Source: a virus (lineage: Duplodnaviria; Caudoviricetes). From it: 52,475 nt of DNA. A model generated the notes under the pieces. That model worked only from the letters and a program-made list of their open reading frames with translations. It had not been told where the DNA came from and did no database searches. The DNA is taken from positions 1 to 52,475 of IMG/VR virus record IMGVR_UViG_3300024291_000003; one strand, given 5' to 3'. Positions 8,311-15,335 of the stretch are shown in pieces. The number at the start of each line of letters is the position of its first letter. Position 1 is the stretch's first letter. A program made the translations under genes and the position numbers.

Positions 8311-8751
8311 TTATATTATCGATAATGCTTCGTGTTGCTTTTGTAAATAATTTAATACACTTGTCCAATCAGGAAATTTATCAGTACCGAATTGTATAAG
8401 TTCACCACCGAACTCACCAGCGCCGTTAGCCGTTCTGTCGTCGATCAAATAATCGCCACTTAATAAGTTTTTGTGGTTAGATAGGATCAACTTTTTATAA
8501 GCGTGTTTACCTAAGTGTTTACTTACCCACATTCTCTTATGAGTCCAAGATTTAGGCATACCCCACGGCGCAGTGGATAATATATATACATCAAGACCGT
8601 CGGTTTCGCATAACTTTTTAAATGCCTCAACCGCATAACCTATGGGTTGTAAGTCTTTAAATATGTGTTGGTGCCAACCTGTTCTATTTAGTTCGGTTTG
8701 TAGATCAACCAGGACGCCGTCCATGTCTATATATATTATCTTATTCTTCAT
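8311..8751 (-). CDS. 5'(3')-deoxyribonucleotidase (NT5C, HAD family)
   Basis: IYIDMDGVLVD, ILSTAPW, K..W...H, GDYLIDD; probable start is ATG 8751 (MKNKII), not 8844. Confidence 0.9.
   Translation of the reverse strand: MKNKIIYIDMDGVLVDLQTELNRTGWHQHIFKDLQPIGYAVEAFKKLCETDGLDVYILSTAPWGMPKSWTHKRMWVSKHLGKHAYKKLILSNHKNLLSGDYLIDDRTANGAGEFGGELIQFGTDKFPDWTSVLNYLQKQHEALSII
8314..8346 (-). promoter_or_regulatory. Conserved phage promoter, upstream of the zinc-finger gene and both ncRNAs
   Basis: TTACAA-N4-AACACGA-N8-CGATAATA. Confidence 0.8.
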
Positions 8752-8941
8752 AATAATTCTTTTTAATAGCGAAGTACATTTTCTCGATCGCTCGGAACAT
8801 AACTTCACCGTGTATAGCATTGTAGTCATCACCTTCTTGATCAAAGTCCGCTAATTGCCAGTCAATACTGTCATACATTAATTCCATAGTGACGTCCGCT
8901 ATTCCTTCAGCGATATCGTCTAATTCTTTCATTTTACCCAT
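8741..8941 (-). CDS. Acidic hypothetical protein
   Basis: MGKMKEL...; coupled to neighbours. Confidence 0.65.
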   Translation of the reverse strand: MGKMKELDDIAEGIADVTMELMYDSIDWQLADFDQEGDDYNAIHGEVMFRAIEKMYFAIKKNYYEE

Positions 8942-9116
8942 ACATATAATCTTCCATTGCGTTAATAAAGTCTTCTCTATCTATTATTTGTCTATCGTAG
9001 CATTCAAGGTTGAACAAGAAAGCTTCGTGTAGTTCTCGCTTACTTACTGGTACAGCGGGGAATCCACCGTCCTCTAGTATTTCGTAATACTTTTTTACTG
9101 AATCACTCATTACCAC
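8934..9116 (-). CDS. Hypothetical protein
   Basis: 60-aa ORF in operon. Confidence 0.6.
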   Translation of the reverse strand: MVMSDSVKKYYEILEDGGFPAVPVSKRELHEAFLFNLECYDRQIIDREDFINAMEDYMYG

Positions 9117-9216
9117 TTAGTTTCATTAGGCATAGGACCCATAAATTCATAAAACGCTTTGTGGTACTTAGTTATTTTTGCGATAACTAAATGACTAAAT
9201 TTTCTTACTTTTTTCA

Positions 9217-9492
9217 TTACTTACAGTTTTTATTGTTAAATTCTAATAATCTTCTTATGCGATCGGAATGATTAGGTATTAATGATCTTACCCAATTGTA
9301 GCCGTATTCGCTGTTTGGTTTATACCAATGCTTTGTTTGCTTGGTTATTTGGTACATTAGCGGTTTTTTATGGTAATAGTTATCTTGTTTGGTAGATACT
9401 CTTACGTGACCGCTAGGATAGGTTGCACCAATTCGTCCATCACTCAATTTAAAATGTAGAGCTCCATCTTTAGTTACTTTAATTAATTCCAT
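9217..9492 (-). CDS. Hypothetical protein
   Basis: 91-aa ORF in operon. Confidence 0.65.
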   Translation of the reverse strand: MELIKVTKDGALHFKLSDGRIGATYPSGHVRVSTKQDNYYHKKPLMYQITKQTKHWYKPNSEYGYNWVRSLIPNHSDRIRRLLEFNNKNCK

Positions 9493-9773
9493 GTGTTACT
9501 TAATGGTTTAGTATAATAATTTACATTTGTATTTGCACCTATACTTTTAGCGACATTTTGTCGTAGTTGCCACTCGCGTTTGCGGTACTCCGGATCGGTA
9601 CACCATTTACGCCACGCTGTTGACGTTGTATTAGGTTTATATTTTTTCTCGAATTCATCTATCTGCGCCAGTTTCGCTGCGATCTGGTCGGCAGGGTAGT
9701 CTTTAAACTTGGACATAAGTAAGGCCTTTATAGTTAAACCATTGGTATATACCGTCTTTATCGGTTTCTTCAT
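9483..9773 (-). CDS. Hypothetical protein
   Basis: 96-aa ORF in operon. Confidence 0.65.
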   Translation of the reverse strand: MKKPIKTVYTNGLTIKALLMSKFKDYPADQIAAKLAQIDEFEKKYKPNTTSTAWRKWCTDPEYRKREWQLRQNVAKSIGANTNVNYYTKPLSNTWN

Positions 9774-9905
9774 TGTATTTGAAGGCGAATAGTGGAGGCA
9801 AATTACCGACTGTATAGCATTTGTACTTTACATTACCTAGTTTAATAGTTTTGTCAGTGGATATTTTAAATTTCTGCATATATATTATTTTATTTGTTAC
9901 ATTTA

Positions 9906-9938
9906 TATTATCGTTTGTAGGTCGTATTGACTTTGTAA
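9906..9938 (-). promoter_or_regulatory. Conserved phage promoter
   Basis: TTACAA-N4-AATACGA-N8-CGATAATA. Confidence 0.8.
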
Positions 9939-9940
9939 AT

Positions 9941-10180
9941 TTATCTACTATGATAGAAAGTATGAATACGTTCCGATCTGTTCTGAGCTTCCCAGAGCTT
10001 AGTGTGAGAGTAAGATCTACCCTTACTACCCGCTCCTTTGGCTTTTACTTGGTACTTTTTGTACTCTTTATCGGTTAATCCGCTACATAGATCACCTCTA
10101 GTTACTTCTATTCTATGCTTTTTAGCTTTCGCTATTCGGGCGTTTTTAACGTATTCACACGCTTCTTTCATTGTCATCAT
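9941..10180 (-). CDS. Basic hypothetical protein
   Basis: 79-aa ORF ending just before the next promoter. Confidence 0.65.
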   Translation of the reverse strand: MMTMKEACEYVKNARIAKAKKHRIEVTRGDLCSGLTDKEYKKYQVKAKGAGSKGRSYSHTKLWEAQNRSERIHTFYHSR

Positions 10181-10379
10181 AGTATTCGTTTTAATTGTTC
10201 TTTAATTGCTAGTATATCTTCGTCACTGACTTCAACTTCTTCGTCACTCTCCCGTTGCCATATAACATTGTACATAGCGTCGTGGAAATTGTTACCTATT
10301 ATCTCATCTAAGCGATTAGCGATTTCTTTAGTTTCGTCCCAAGTTAAATTCATTGTTAGTTATTTATTTATTACAATTA

Positions 10380-10412
10380 TATTATCGTTAAGTGATCGTA
10401 TTAGTATTGTAT
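10380..10412 (-). promoter_or_regulatory. Conserved phage promoter
   Basis: ATACAA-N4-AATACGA-N8-CGATAATA. Confidence 0.8.
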
Positions 10413-10598
10413 ATTATTTTCAATTTGAGTCATTAGAGAAGCAAATAATTGCTCAGTGGTTTCGCCATCTTCTAAACTACATTCGTTAGTTACAAAGTCT
10501 AGTACTCTTATAGCAACGGAAGCAAAGCCGTTGAGGTCATATAGGTCGACATAGTATTCGATTGTTTCGGGATTCCAGTAGAATTTAGTATTTTTCAT
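10401..10598 (-). CDS. Hypothetical protein
   Basis: 65-aa ORF with AT-rich leader. Confidence 0.6.
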   Translation of the reverse strand: MKNTKFYWNPETIEYYVDLYDLNGFASVAIRVLDFVTNECSLEDGETTEQLFASLMTQIENNIQY

Positions 10599-10735
10599 AT
10601 TATTTAAATTTATTTGCTACTTCGTATATTTCTTCTTTATCGTCCTGATCCAAATTGTCTGTTTGATTAGCGTACATTCTTAGTACATAGTGTACAAAGG
10701 TACAATCACCGTCGGTAAGTTTTATATTTCTCATA

Positions 10736-10984
10736 TTACTTGTTCATATTTATTGTTACTTCAACCCAGCCTTTCTCACTGTGACCGGCATATACTTTTA
10801 ATCCGTCTTTAGTTAGTATTTCTTCTAACCGTTCCGCTGCTCGCCAAAGACTTGGTTCTGGCATTTCATCGTGTTCGTCGTCGTACATTACTTCGCCTCT
10901 ACATTGGTAGAACACATCGTCTACGTCATTCTCTACTAGTTCAAAATCCCAACCGTTTACGGTAATATTTTCACATAATTCCAT
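10736..10984 (-). CDS. Acidic hypothetical protein
   Basis: 82-aa ORF in operon. Confidence 0.7.
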   Translation of the reverse strand: MELCENITVNGWDFELVENDVDDVFYQCRGEVMYDDEHDEMPEPSLWRAAERLEEILTKDGLKVYAGHSEKGWVEVTINMNK

Positions 10985-10986
10985 AT

Positions 10987-11190
10987 CTATTCAGTTGTAA
11001 AGGTTGATGGAAATTTTGACACCATAAACTTAGCTAACCCAAGTCCGTCATTTGCACTGTTTGCAATGTGTTTCGCTATCCGATCTTGCATTTCGAATAA
11101 GTCATCTTGGCAATACTGATCACACAAGAAGAATCGGTCACCACCCATTAGTTCGCATAGGTCATCGATGAATTGTACATTTTTACTCAT
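10987..11190 (-). CDS. Hypothetical protein
   Basis: 67-aa ORF in operon. Confidence 0.65.
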   Translation of the reverse strand: MSKNVQFIDDLCELMGGDRFFLCDQYCQDDLFEMQDRIAKHIANSANDGLGLAKFMVSKFPSTFTTE

Positions 11191-11278
11191 ATTTCTTTAT
11201 TTATTATTATTTATTAACCACATTAACTGTGCGTATTCTTCATATTCTTGTTCGCTATTAAATCCGTGTTCACTCATA

Positions 11279-11416
11279 TTATTTAGTATTTGTAGATTTA
11301 TAAAATTCAATTCTTTCGTTGACTTCGTCTCGAGTTATTTCACCCGTCATTTGCCGTAATACATCGGTAGACATATCGATCCGTTTTCCGTTAGGACATT
11401 TTAGTATAAATTGCAT
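11279..11416 (-). CDS. Small hypothetical protein (MQFILKCPNG...)
   Basis: Probable start is the internal ATG of track ORF 11279..11461. Confidence 0.55.
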   Translation of the reverse strand: MQFILKCPNGKRIDMSTDVLRQMTGEITRDEVNERIEFYKSTNTK

Positions 11417-11433
11417 AATTAGTATTTTTAAGA

Positions 11434-11553
11434 TTAATAGAAATCGTAGTAGATATCCCATACTTTAGAACGCTGTTCGTCGGTTAATTTAGTATAGTGT
11501 TTATCGAATAGATTATAAGATATTTTTAGTAAGTCGGTAGATTGTGTAGACAT
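11434..11553 (-). CDS. 39-aa early mini-protein
   Basis: MSTQSTDLLKISYNLFDKHYTKLTDEQRSKVWDIYYDFY, downstream of the promoter at 11582. Confidence 0.55.
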   Translation of the reverse strand: MSTQSTDLLKISYNLFDKHYTKLTDEQRSKVWDIYYDFY

Positions 11554-11581
11554 TGTTATTAGTATTTTTATTATTCATATA

Positions 11582-11614
11582 TATTATCGTTTGGTATTCG
11601 TATTTATATTGTAA
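11582..11614 (-). promoter_or_regulatory. Conserved phage promoter
   Basis: TTACAA-N4-AATACGA-N8-CGATAATA. Confidence 0.8.
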
Positions 11615-11704
11615 AAAGTATATACTTTGTTTGTGAGTTAAAATAGTAGTACAGGTATTGTCCTCAACCTCTAAGTACCTAAATAAATTATTTTCAAAAA
11701 TAGT

Positions 11705-11749
11705 GTGACAATAGGGTATTAAGTAAATATAATAAGAAGCTATCGTCGC
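11705..11749. repeat. Inverted-repeat element, copy 2
   Basis: GTGACAATAGG-23 nt AT-rich-GCTATCGTCGC. Confidence 0.75.
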
Positions 11750-11806
11750 ATACCGATTTAAGATCAAATACCTAAAATTTGACTGTGTTATAGGTGGTTG
11801 CTATAC

Positions 11807-11910
11807 ACCTCAGTTACGATGCGTATTAAGTGGTGGATCCCTCAGTGTATTTACCCTGCCCAGTTAAGCCTGCTTCAAAGCCATAGGTTCGGACAGTCAC
11901 CCGTTGAGGT
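11807..11910 (-). ncRNA. Putative structured RNA
   Basis: GC-rich intergenic segment closed by ACCUCA/UGAGGU, with inner GGUG/CACC and UCC/GGA pairings. Confidence 0.4.
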
Positions 11911-11920
11911 TAGACTTAGA

Positions 11921-12235
11921 TTACTTTACTTCCTCTAAGTCAATTCTTTCAATTACTGTATTTCTAACATTAGATGGCATATCGGTAGATTGAGACCAAT
12001 AACCTCTTTTAATCCAACAAGGCATGATGTTTAGTTTAGGTAACATTACTTTAAGTACTTCATCATGATTGTAAGTAATCTTTTGATTTTTGTTGTTAAC
12101 AAAGGTTATAATTTGATTACGACCATACCAAGATTTTCTTACTACAAAGTTTTTTCTTTCAATAGGTGGGAAGATTTCATTTAGTTCTTCTTTAGATAGT
12201 TTAGAAATTGTTTCATTTAGTTTAATAGAATTCAT
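11921..12235 (-). CDS. Early hypothetical protein
   Basis: 104-aa ORF downstream of the promoter at 12279. Confidence 0.75.
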   Translation of the reverse strand: MNSIKLNETISKLSKEELNEIFPPIERKNFVVRKSWYGRNQIITFVNNKNQKITYNHDEVLKVMLPKLNIMPCWIKRGYWSQSTDMPSNVRNTVIERIDLEEVK

Positions 12236-12278
12236 AAGATTTTATATTTATTAAGTTATTATTTATTTGTTACATTTA

Positions 12279-12311
12279 TATTATCGTATACTAGACGTGT
12301 TAAGTTTGTAA
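12279..12311 (-). promoter_or_regulatory. Conserved phage promoter
   Basis: TTACAA-N4-AACACGT-N8-CGATAATA. Confidence 0.8.
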
Positions 12312-12317
12312 GTTTAT

Positions 12318-12473
12318 TTAGATTATATCTAATTCAAGTAGTATACTTTCAAGTATATCCTCCTCGAGGAATTGTTCCTGGTCGTAGTCCAGTTTCATGA
12401 TCTCGATCTGATCTAGGATCTCGGATAAATGTCCAGGATATCTGGATACTATTAGTTGTTCAATTCTGTTCAT
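12318..12473 (-). CDS. 51-aa acidic mini-protein
   Basis: MNRIEQLIVSRYPGHLSEILDQIEIMKLDYDQEQFLEEDILESILLELDII (13 D/E, 3 K/R). Confidence 0.6.
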   Translation of the reverse strand: MNRIEQLIVSRYPGHLSEILDQIEIMKLDYDQEQFLEEDILESILLELDII

Positions 12474-12484
12474 ATTATTTTGTT

Positions 12485-12652
12485 TTATTTATATTGTTGT
12501 ATTAATTTGTTTATATCATTTAGATTTGAAAAGTGGTAATGATAGATAACTTCTTTTGTGTTTGAATTGAATATTGTAAAATCATACATTTTGTGATTTG
12601 AGCAATAATAAATTTGAAAGAAAGTTTTGTTTTTAAAGATTGTATTAGACAT
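12485..12652 (-). CDS. 55-aa early mini-protein
   Basis: MSNTIFKNKTFFQIYYCS...QQYK, first ORF after the promoter at 12682. Confidence 0.55.
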   Translation of the reverse strand: MSNTIFKNKTFFQIYYCSNHKMYDFTIFNSNTKEVIYHYHFSNLNDINKLIQQYK

Positions 12653-12681
12653 TTTATATTTGTTTTTATTTGTTACATATA

Positions 12682-12714
12682 TATTATCGTTTTGATATCG
12701 TATTAAGTTTGTAG
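12682..12714 (-). promoter_or_regulatory. Conserved phage promoter
   Basis: CTACAA-N4-AATACGA-N8-CGATAATA. Confidence 0.8.
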
Positions 12715-12875
12715 AGTATTGTAAGTGCTATACATGCTATACACGGTGTGACGGAGTATACTCTTCCGATCGTATCACAGGATCAGGCCGTAAAGCTGTT
12801 GGTTCCGACTTACGAGTAAAGCTCACGCAGTCTAAATGCAATGCAGAACCAGGATCAGATCAGGTCATGATCAGT

Positions 12876-13031
12876 TCAGCGCTCCAGGATCTCGGTCCCG
12901 ATGACTTTGCTCGTGGACTCATCACGATAGCACACGCGCAGATAATTGCTGAGGTGCTGATCAGTTTTGAATTCGAGCACGCGACTGTTGTAATTGCCGC
13001 GCCAGTTCTTTGTATCTATTCTTACAAGCAT
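12876..13031 (-). CDS. 51-aa early mini-protein
   Basis: MLVRIDTKNWRGNYNSRVLEFKTDQHLSNYLRVCYRDESTSKVIGTEILER. Confidence 0.6.
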   Translation of the reverse strand: MLVRIDTKNWRGNYNSRVLEFKTDQHLSNYLRVCYRDESTSKVIGTEILER

Positions 13032-13047
13032 GTTAAAAGGTTTAAGG

Positions 13048-13149
13048 TTAATGTTTATTCTGTTTGTTGGACTGTACTGTCATGTAGCCAGCAGCCAGCA
13101 GCAAGACCGCGAATATGATCCCGATCCCGATGTCTGTGATCTGTGTCAT
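13048..13149 (-). CDS. 33-aa single-TM peptide
   Basis: MTQITDIGIGIIFAVLLLAAGYMTVQSNKQNKH. Confidence 0.55.
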   Translation of the reverse strand: MTQITDIGIGIIFAVLLLAAGYMTVQSNKQNKH

Positions 13150-13153
13150 CAGG

Positions 13154-13309
13154 CTATCCATAGATCCCGAATGATGTTGGCACGTTACCCATGATCAGAT
13201 TGGTTACGATCGCAAGGATCCCGATCCCGACTGCTGTTGTCATTGTTACAGCGTAAACGTTTAGCGCTAGATTGATCCATACATTGTGGTGAAATTTAAT
13301 TTGTCTCAT
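13154..13309 (-). CDS. 51-aa membrane peptide, first gene of the early arm
   Basis: MRQIKFHHNVWINLALNVYAVTMTTAVGIGILAIVTNLIMGNVPTSFGIYG, downstream of the promoter at 13354. Confidence 0.6.
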   Translation of the reverse strand: MRQIKFHHNVWINLALNVYAVTMTTAVGIGILAIVTNLIMGNVPTSFGIYG

Positions 13310-13353
13310 AGTTATTATTGTTATTGTTATTGTTATTATTTGTTATTCATATA

Positions 13354-13386
13354 TATTATCGTAGGTGTATCGTAACAATACCGTAA
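13354..13386 (-). promoter_or_regulatory. Conserved phage promoter, most upstream and most divergent copy
   Basis: TTACGG-N4-GTTACGA-N8-CGATAATA. Confidence 0.7.
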
Positions 13387-13674
13387 GAAACAACTGAGCG
13401 CGAGATCATGCTGGACTGGATCAGGATCAGATGCTGTGCCGCGCTGTGGCCTGGAGCTGTGGCTGTGCTGGACCTGGATAAGCGCAATCCCGAGCCAGGA
13501 TCCTGTGAGCTGTGCTGATGTTAATGCTATACGCAAAGCTGGGATCATACAAACGTAAACGTGAAACGTGGGCGGGGCTGGGAAAACAAAAGCGCTTTTA
13601 CTTTTAGTGGTAGACAGTGAATTGATAGTAGCAACCCATTACCTCTATATATCTAAGTATTTTTTAAATATTTT

Positions 13675-13718
13675 GCGACGGTAGGTTGTTATATATAATA
13701 GTAGCTAGCTATCGTCAC
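13675..13718. repeat. Inverted-repeat element, copy 3
   Basis: GCGACGGTAGG-22 nt AT-rich-GCTATCGTCAC. Confidence 0.75.
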
Positions 13719-13774
13719 TTTTAATAAACCAGAAAACAGCGTAATCATACAAAGTATGTCACTAAAATAAGATT

Positions 13775-14011
13775 ATGCCACAAAAATTATCTCCTGCAGC
13801 GCGTCGTAGAAAGGCCGCTAGGGACAAAGCTTACGCGATGACCCCACGGAGGAGAAAAATGAAAGCTGAAAACCAAAAACGTCGTCGAGCCGCTGGCAGT
13901 AAAGCCAAAGGTAAGGACTGGGACCACAAGAATAAGAGGTGGGAGACCCCTAAACAGAACAGAGGGAACGATGGGTTAGGCACAAAGAGAGAATCAGGCA
14001 AAAAATACTAA
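13775..14011 (+). CDS. Small highly basic protein, possibly a degenerate HNH
   Basis: R/K-rich; KDWDH...PKQNRG resembles the D.DH...NR HNH pattern. Confidence 0.6.
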   Translation: MPQKLSPAARRRKAARDKAYAMTPRRRKMKAENQKRRRAAGSKAKGKDWDHKNKRWETPKQNRGNDGLGTKRESGKKY

Positions 14012-14054
14012 AAAAAACTCGTAAACGAGTATAATAAACAAACAACCGACCAAA

Positions 14055-15326
14055 ATGGCTAGAATACCTACTTATCATGCTGATACTAATGTATCCGATT
14101 TAGACAGAATAATTGGAACAGACGGAGATAGTCCAGACTTAACTACAAAAAACTTCTTTTTAGGAGATATTGCATCGTATGTTATAGATAAATTTATTGA
14201 ACCAGACGGTAGTGATTACTATTTACCTGTTTTTCGAGCAGAAGGGACAAGAATTACTAACTCTATAATATCTCAAGACATTGCCCCACTGGGCGGCGCT
14301 ATAACCATAGCAGGTAATACTACAATAAATAAGGATCTCGCTGTGTTAGGCAAATCTACTTTAGTTGGAGATGTTGTTTGTAGTAATAACCTAGACATTG
14401 GTAACGAATTGGATGTAGCAGGCGCTACAACACTTAGAAGTTCACTAGTTGCTGAGAACGCAGAGTTCAAACAGCAAGTAATCATGCGGGATAAGCTGGA
14501 TGTATATGGGAGAACAAACATATACAGTCCGTTAATTGTGCATGAAGAGTTAACAGTAAGAGGTGTAGCAGAGTTTCAAGATAGAGTAACCATACAGGAT
14601 CAACTACTAGTACAGGATGATGCCACTTTTGAGCAGAGTATAGGTGTTAAAGGTAAAATTATTGGGCAAGATGAAATATCAATTGACGGTGCAGGATTTT
14701 TTGGCGGCACAGTTAGTGTAGAGGGTGAATTAAACGTGCTTGAAGCAATAAGTCTACAAAACGGAGACATGACCCTAAATTACGGTGGACAAATAAAGAA
14801 AGTTAATGATCCAACTGCAGGCCAAGACGTAGTTACTTTAAATTATTTACGAAACTACACTAAGTTTGGAAACTTTATAGTTTTAAATGGATTAGTTAAC
14901 AATATAGCGTCCCAAGGCGGTGGTTATGACTATATGGAGTGGACAAGCAATGTAACAGGACCTACTCAAATACCTATATTTAAAACCGGTAATGATCTAA
15001 GGTTAATAAGTGTTACTTGGGCTTTTATGGGAGGGCAAGCGTTAAGCATACAGCCAGGAGAAAGTATAGATTTTGGTATAGGAGTAGTTAAACAAGGAGT
15101 TTCATCCGACATAACCAACTACACAGAAGATAAAAAGCTGTTTTCTATAACAGATGTAGATAACGGTACATTCCCGCACGGTATAGTAAAATTTGACGAG
15201 CAGAAGGCTTTGTGGTATAGAGGAGAGCACTTAGCTGTAGTAGGAACAGAAGCAGGGGCTATAACGCCGATAGACGGAGAACTAGCTTTATCCTTCACAT
15301 TTGAGATAGTAGAAATAGAACAGTAA
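14055..15326 (+). CDS. Virion structural protein with beta-repeat shaft (tail fibre/spike-like)
   Basis: MARI.TY...D..IGTD N-terminus shared with the next gene; about 18-aa repeats (L.V.G.......); DPTAGQDVVTLNY. Confidence 0.65.
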   Translation: MARIPTYHADTNVSDLDRIIGTDGDSPDLTTKNFFLGDIASYVIDKFIEPDGSDYYLPVFRAEGTRITNSIISQDIAPLGGAITIAGNTTINKDLAVLGKSTLVGDVVCSNNLDIGNELDVAGATTLRSSLVAENAEFKQQVIMRDKLDVYGRTNIYSPLIVHEELTVRGVAEFQDRVTIQDQLLVQDDATFEQSIGVKGKIIGQDEISIDGAGFFGGTVSVEGELNVLEAISLQNGDMTLNYGGQIKKVNDPTAGQDVVTLNYLRNYTKFGNFIVLNGLVNNIASQGGGYDYMEWTSNVTGPTQIPIFKTGNDLRLISVTWAFMGGQALSIQPGESIDFGIGVVKQGVSSDITNYTEDKKLFSITDVDNGTFPHGIVKFDEQKALWYRGEHLAVVGTEAGAITPIDGELALSFTFEIVEIEQ

Positions 15327-15335
15327 AATAACAAC

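Larger units (their letters stand above)
141..13534. repeat. Dispersed decamer TGCTATACAC (12 copies with at most 1 mismatch)
   Basis: - strand copies starting at 141, 2099, 3674, 5019, 6315, 7351, 8810, 9810; + strand copies at 11799, 12726, 12735, 13525. Confidence 0.8.
12377..13546. other. GATC/CCWGG-dense, GC-enriched island
   Basis: By-eye count: 25 GATC (21 within 12768-13546) and 7 CCWGG. Confidence 0.8.

Noticed and set aside
3155-13386. CRISPR array or mini-array
   Set aside because: Repeats are degenerate, hundreds to thousands of bp apart and precede genes, so they are promoter-like; no cas genes seen
141-13534. Decamers as DnaA boxes
   Set aside because: Only partial similarity to TTATNCACA; the conserved TGC prefix and variable last base do not fit, and they are dispersed rather than clustered
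12867-13548. Track ORFs 12867..13118 (+), 12994..13194 (+) and 13336..13548 (-)
   Set aside because: Antisense to promoter-driven micro-ORFs or spanning the promoter; probably by-products of local GC richness
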